Assembly: GCF_035594765.1 (NCBI RefSeq)
Contig: NC_085844.1
Span: forward strand, 195,316,107-195,380,106
DNA: 64,000 nt
Direction of reading: 5' to 3'
DNA from: Anolis carolinensis
Lineage: Eukaryota
Below the pieces are notes generated by a model. The model saw only the letters and a list, made by a program, of their open reading frames with translations, made no database searches and was not told where the DNA came from. Positions 61,179 through 64,000 of this stretch are shown in pieces. Every line of letters starts with the position of its first letter. Within the stretch, counting starts at the first letter, position 1. The position numbers and the translations under genes were made by a program.

Positions 61179-64000
61179 AAACTATTTCTGTTTGGATTTA
61201 TAATGATCCAGTCAGCAGTCTAGCTACTAACTGGCAGTTTCAGAGTAATATTCAAAGGCTGGAGTCCAGGTGAATCTGGGAAATATACGTTATAACCTTT
61301 CTATCCTTTCAAAAAGCCATTAAAGTCACCATCATGCTGGTGGAATGTTCAGAAAGCATATCAGAACAATCAGTATTCTGGTTCTTGTGATCATTCAAAA
61401 TTGCTTTGAACATCTAGGAGGACATATGCTGATCAAACATGGGCTAGTCTTCTGGAAAAGCCCCTATTAAGACACAGATTATTCAATGTGCAGAAGTCTT
61501 GATTCCATTCACCAGAAGTGGCCAGAAGATCTTAGAAGTTAAATGTTTATTTGCTATCTACAGATGGCAGGGGGGGGAAACATAGGCAGAACTAACCATT
61601 GAAAGGTGTGAAAGTGAGAATTCTACCATGTGTTTTAAATTGTATCCTTAAAAAACTGTACGAGAGTTCCATAAGTAGATCTATTTACTTGCTATCATGG
61701 CAAGTTAGCATAAGGGTCCCCTGAATAAGAGAGATGGCAAGTTGTCAAGTTTTCAAATGGATTATTTGTGACTGAATTCATTAGTCATGTTTAGACAGAA
61801 CAACAAGCCAGAATTGTTGAAAAATCTATTTTTTTTCTTGAGGAATGTGCTGGCACACACTGTCCAGTAATACTGAGATCTGCTGAATTATAAAGGAACT
61901 AACACGGGAAAAAGTCCTTCCCTTTATGTGTAAATTTGTTGCTCTGTAGGTTGTTAGACTCTGATATTGGAGTTCGAAGCTAGTATCCCATTTTGGGAAA
62001 TGGAGCTGGGAATACAAGGAACCTGAAAACTGAGCAAGCAAAGAGGAGGAAGGAAACTTCTTAAGGGCCAGTATTCATTGCAAAAGCAATTGTGGCTTCC
62101 ATGTTGGGCTGATCCTCTTCTTGTTTTTAGCAGGTGTAGTGGGCAAAGTATGGTTATAGCATATAAAGCACCAACCCCCCCCCCAAAAAAAAATCACCTT
62201 GCTTTCTCTTTTGTTTCCTCGAATGAAATCTCTTTGCCACTAGTCAGAAATTGATGAATCGAGTTGATTGACTGACTGACTGAGAGGAGATATGAATTGT
62301 CATGTATTTCATTCCATCACACAGAAGAATTTTAAAAGTTTTAAAGTGGAGGTTGATTACATAATGTGGTCCAGTTTTTCCCCAATTCCTTTTTGAATTT
62401 TGGGATTTCTTTTATGACAATTAAAAATGGCATTAAAACATGGTATTGGCAAAAAGATTCTCAAATGTGAAAAATCTCAGTCATTTGCCATTTTCTTTGC
62501 TGGGGTGTTTTCACTCCCTCAAGCTTCTCCTTCTTGCTGAAGAGAAGGAAACCTTCCTACTGCTGAGTGAGGAACCAGAATTTTCAACATCTCTTGAATC
62601 CAGTAGGTACTTTGAATTTATTTTGAAGGTCTTGAGGACTTCAAAATAACAAGGAAAAATTAATCCATTGGTCTTGAAGCTGATGAGGGGTTTGAAGAAT
62701 GCAGAAGAAGATTTAGATTATTTAGTGAATTGGATACAAAGCTGGAACAGAAGTCCCTGATACTGAAGCACTAGAAAGACAAATAGGCCCAAAGTGTTTT
62801 CCAGAGATAATACAGGAGGAATCAATTAGAGAAGGCTATATGGAACCAAGCTTGCATAGTTCATAAAGAACTCAATGGAAAGAAGACAGAAAAAATCTTC
62901 CTGGCTTTGTGTAGTCTATTTCTCCAATACCTTAATCACATTGCACCCATGACCCTTTTTCTCCAGCCACCAGAGCCTACATCCATCATAGTTACACTGG
63001 CGTAGCACACCAACAAGTGAATACTACTGCATATGGCAATGGGAATCAACACTTACTGTCTTCAAGAACTTTTTTGAAGGTTTGCTCATCCTCTGACTTT
63101 TACATGTGCTATATATTGCTCTAAATGCAGTTACAAATAAGCAGCTCTCCTGCTAATGCTGTTGAAGAAAGTAGAGAAGTGGACAAATTTGGGCATGAAA
63201 TATTCTCATACAAACTTAACAGCCACTAGAGGGCTCAAAGACTCATACACAAATTATGATTCACCTCTATATGTAAAGGTTGGAATATGGGTTTCCACCT
63301 ATAAACTCTTTGTTGGCATTGAATCTGATATTGAAGTGTTAAAAGGCCATTAGAGTAGACCATATCTGGTGTTATATGAGTACCAAATGCATATAGTTAT
63401 TAAGTAGGGTACAAGTGGTTTGTTGCCTCATGGTACCCTAAAATGTGTAGGGTGAATGGGAAAAAGCCAGTAGAGGTCCCTGTACTATTCATTAATTATA
63501 TCAATTTATTTAACACAGCTTTTGTTGAGGGATATAAATCAACTGAATAATATATTATCAACGGAATTGTTTTTAATTGAAATGACCACTTCATTTTAGG
63601 AAGTGGTACTTTCTAACCACTGTAGACTTTTTTCCTACTAGAAACTTTCAGCCAAACTCATTTCCCACTTGCTGTCCAAAATAATGCTCAGAACCAGATG
63701 TAAGAAGCATTCCTGGTTCTGTATAATTAAGAAAGAAGATGGATGCACCCCTGCCTACTTATCCTATACTCTGATTACAGACTTCAGTGTTAACAGAATA
63801 TCAGAGCTATTATTTTTGTATCTTCCACTCTTCCTCAGGATTTCTAATATATGTGATATGTCACACAGCACACTGTCCCTCCTTCAGTAGAACTAGCCAA
63901 TGAATAATGTTGGTGATGTTGGCACTGAATAGAATGATTGTGACATCACAGCTTGTATTATTTTGATCTAGATATCACAAGGAAGAGTGTGAAATGGAAA

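Overview
Vertebrate genomic DNA from a squamate; the repeat content (Sauria SINE, Anolis-type SINE2, Vingi, Penelope, hAT/Tc1 MITEs) points to Anolis. The window lies in the 5' part of FOXP4 on the + strand. The first coding exon is 16781-16997 (ATG at 16797) and the next exon is 57110-57199, separated by a 40,112-bp phase-0 intron. The rest is intronic and rich in transposons. The main feature is a structurally complete 5.8-kb DIRS1-type tyrosine-recombinase retrotransposon (about 29700-35489) with inverted terminal repeats (ITRs) and an internal complementary region (ICR). Its gag is broken, but the RT/RNaseH/methyltransferase-like ORF and the tyrosine recombinase (YR) ORF are open. The YR ORF is in frame with the gag C-terminus and separated from it by a single TGA, and it stays open for about 650 codons across the RT gene, which suggests a Gag-YR readthrough polyprotein. 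Other highlights: an intact-looking minimal hammerhead ribozyme in a Penelope fragment, a GC-rich element built of nested hairpin arrays, hAT MITEs carrying retroposon tails, a solo LTR, and several candidate conserved enhancers. Family names come from motif recognition, not from database searches.
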